A stretch of 64,000 nucleotides of DNA from Auanema rhodensis (taxonomy: Eukaryota > Animalia > Nematoda). Shown one piece after another: positions 61,294 through 64,000 of this stretch. The translations under genes and the position numbers were made by a program. The DNA is taken from positions 10,106,001 to 10,170,000 of the forward strand of contig OZ059894.1 of NCBI GenBank assembly GCA_964057225.1. Direction: 5' to 3'. Position 1 is the stretch's first letter, and the number at the start of each line of letters is the position of its first letter. The notes under the pieces were generated by a model, which was not told the DNA's origin, ran no database searches, and was given only the letters and a program-made list of their open reading frames with translations.

Positions 61294-63758
61294 TCTATGA
61301 AAAAAATAAAAAACTTTTTTAGAGAAAATGAAATGAAATGGAGAAAAAAAATAAAATTATGAATGTAAAAAGATTACAAGAGTATGTGTATATGTGTGTG
61401 TGTGTGTATGTGTGTGAACGATGAATGAGGAATGAAGAATGATATTGAGAAATCAAATATTATGAGAAAAACCTTAAACTGAAATCTTATAATACATATA
61501 GTATAGTATAGTATAGTATAGTATATAACTATATGTATATACATATGTATATGTCTTCTATCCATCTATCTATCCATCTATCTATCTATCTATGTATATT
61601 CAAAAGAAAAAAACAAAACAAAAAAAAATATACAGATGTATTGAGAAGTGATAGATTTGCATAAACGACTTACATACATATTATAATTTCTTTTCTTTTT
61701 TTTTTATTTTTCTTTTAGCTTTAATGCAAAAAAATGTTATTTTTCATTTATAATTGAATCAAAAAATATATAAACTATAGTAATATATATAGATTTTGTA
61801 TATATTATATGTATATAGTTAGTATATGTTAAATGAAATCTTCAAATTATTCTAAATACGTTCTGAAAACATGTATGAACTGTGTTGATGAGGATGATGA
61901 AGGTGATGGGAAAAGCAGTACTACAATCAAAATAAGATATCATCAGAAATGAAGATGTAACTTAAGTGTCGTGAGAAATCATTTTTTCGTTCAAAATAAA
62001 GAAAGAAGCTTTCACATAGATGATATGTTGCAATCACATTAGATATTCAAAATAGGAAGAAAATCGGTTCTTCTACACTTTGAGATTGAGCACTTTTTGG
62101 GAAAAAAAAAGGAAAAAGAAAGAAAAGATATACTTAAAGAAATGACACAACAATAGAATCATGAAAAGCTGGGAAAAGTTTTGCTTTCTCTCCTTGAGTA
62201 TGTGGTTGACATCTCTCAAGCAGCTCTAGATGAAGTTGAGAAAGCCATGTATGACAGATGAGAGAGACGAACGACGGCGTCTTTAATTTTGAAAAATAAT
62301 TTTTTTTTTGGAAGAAAACAGACACAAAACATGAACATGTGCATACGATGGATGAAAGCTTGCAATATTGCTATACCTTTGATGCTGCTTCCTACATCCA
62401 CTCATCATCACGCAATTCTCATTGTACGTCTCAGGCTCAGAGCCTTCTTGGCTACGAACTCTCAACATTTTCTTCGTCTCATGAGTTGATGCAGAAGCGG
62501 AAAATAGCAAAGAAAAGAATGCTGGGACTCTTCTAGGCGATCAGCTCAGCAGTTTGCTTCAATTCAACAAGCTGAGAATGAAGTACTTCAACAGCTTCAA
62601 TTAGAAATTATGAATGAGAATTTCAATGAAATCTGCAGAATCTCAAGCAAAATCATGAAAAATATCATTTCAAAAAGGACAAAAAGTACATTTATTTGCA
62701 TAGATGTATAAGACAAGCTTTATTTAAGATAAAATTGAATCATTTTTCTTAAAAATTCATGAACGAACGTTACTTAATTCAGCTCTTGTTCTCTTTCCGC
62801 TTTAGCGAATATTATTCTTTGCTCAAAAAAGATTTTTGTTTCATATAATATATACATATGTCTATGTTTCTCCTTCAACATTGCATATACTTTCATTGAT
62901 TCTCATCATTCTTCTAAGCTAAATCTCTTCATTCAAGACATAATTCTTCTTTTCCGTTACGATAGTTGGAGTCATTCACTCGTCATCGCAATGGAAAAAG
63001 AAGAGAATTTCAGATTAACGGTAAGAACGACGACGACGACAACGACCAACGACGACGAAATTTGATGAGAAATTAAATTCAATTTCAGATGAGATTTCGT
63101 CAATGTTCACGTATATCTACTGAGTTGTAAACGAGTAAAATAAGGAAGACATGGAAAATGATTGTTTTCTTTCAAAATAAATAACAAAATATATAAAAAT
63201 AGTATTAAAACTATACTATTTCTAGTATATAGTATTCAGGATTCCAAAAGGGAAATCAAAATACATTGAATGGAAAAAGTGGGAAGTAAAACTTCAAAAA
63301 AAATATTTATTTTGATAAAACTTTGACGGAAACATTGTTTAAAATATTTCTAAACAAGATTTTCTTCAAAAAAAAAAGAAAAAAAAAAGATTAAAATTTT
63401 GATTAAACTAATAAATTAAAATAATTTTTTATTAAATTAATTAAGATAAAGTTGAGAAAAAAATTTTTCTGCAAACTAAGCTCGTAAATGAAATGATTCG
63501 AGAAATATGACTAAGCAACATCAAAGATGAAAAGATCGAAACTTTGATGTTCTGTGAAGGAAAAAAATACTTTTGAATTCTGACGCCATTAAGCTGGAAG
63601 TTTTATAAGCTTTATAGTCAACAAACGCCTGATATGGTCAGAATTTGATTCATATCTATATATAACTTCAAATCAATTTGTTTTTGTACTTTTATTGAAG
63701 ATAGAAGACTTATTTGATACATTTTTCTTAAAATAGTAAGATTTACAAAGAAAGAAAA

Positions 63759-63761
<3 letters not shown>

Positions 63762-63846
<85 letters not shown>
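63762..63846. repeat. (GA)n microsatellite
   Basis: Direct reading of the sequence. Confidence 0.95.
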
Positions 63847-63849
<3 letters not shown>

Positions 63850-64000
63850 GGGAGGGAAGGGGTTACAAAGCAATAGATACGAGCAAAAACATGTATTGAG
63901 GTGGCCAATACGGTTTCAAATATAATTTTTTTGGTTATTTATTAATAATAAAAAAAAGTTTTAACACATAAATGAAACTTACAGCTTTGTCAAAAACAAC

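Noticed and set aside
62216-62710. Overlapping short ORFs near the right end
   Set aside because: The frames are interrupted by stops, with no coherent splice model or recognisable domain.

Overview
AT-rich, intron-dense eukaryotic DNA, clearly nematode: ~45-60 nt introns, TTTCAG-type acceptors and close C. elegans-like proteins. Eight spliced protein-coding genes can be reconstructed by hand. They are mrck-1 (minus, 2037-10262), a gene with eight C2H2 zinc fingers (minus, 21811-26477), a small secreted three-finger/Ly6-like protein, a divergent tetraspanin-like protein, an MFSD8-like MFS transporter, a Pax1/9 paired-box gene, a 95-aa single-pass membrane protein missed by the ORF track, and a 4-TM membrane protein. 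Two long non-coding stretches (10.8-21.7 kb and 26.5-47.5 kb) are rich in microsatellites and look regulatory or intronic; almost all ORF-track entries there are spurious. The two most interesting signals concern RNA processing. First, an unusually long mrck-1 intron reads through as a 141-codon ORF with a basic-plus-hydrophobic tail and its own AATAAA, predicting a short DMPK-like, membrane-anchored, Cdc42-independent kinase isoform. Second, a 63-nt cassette exon in the zinc-finger gene has its 5' splice site buried in a 24-bp intronic stem that carries STAR- and RBFOX-type motifs. No tRNA, rRNA, CRISPR array or intact transposon was recognised.
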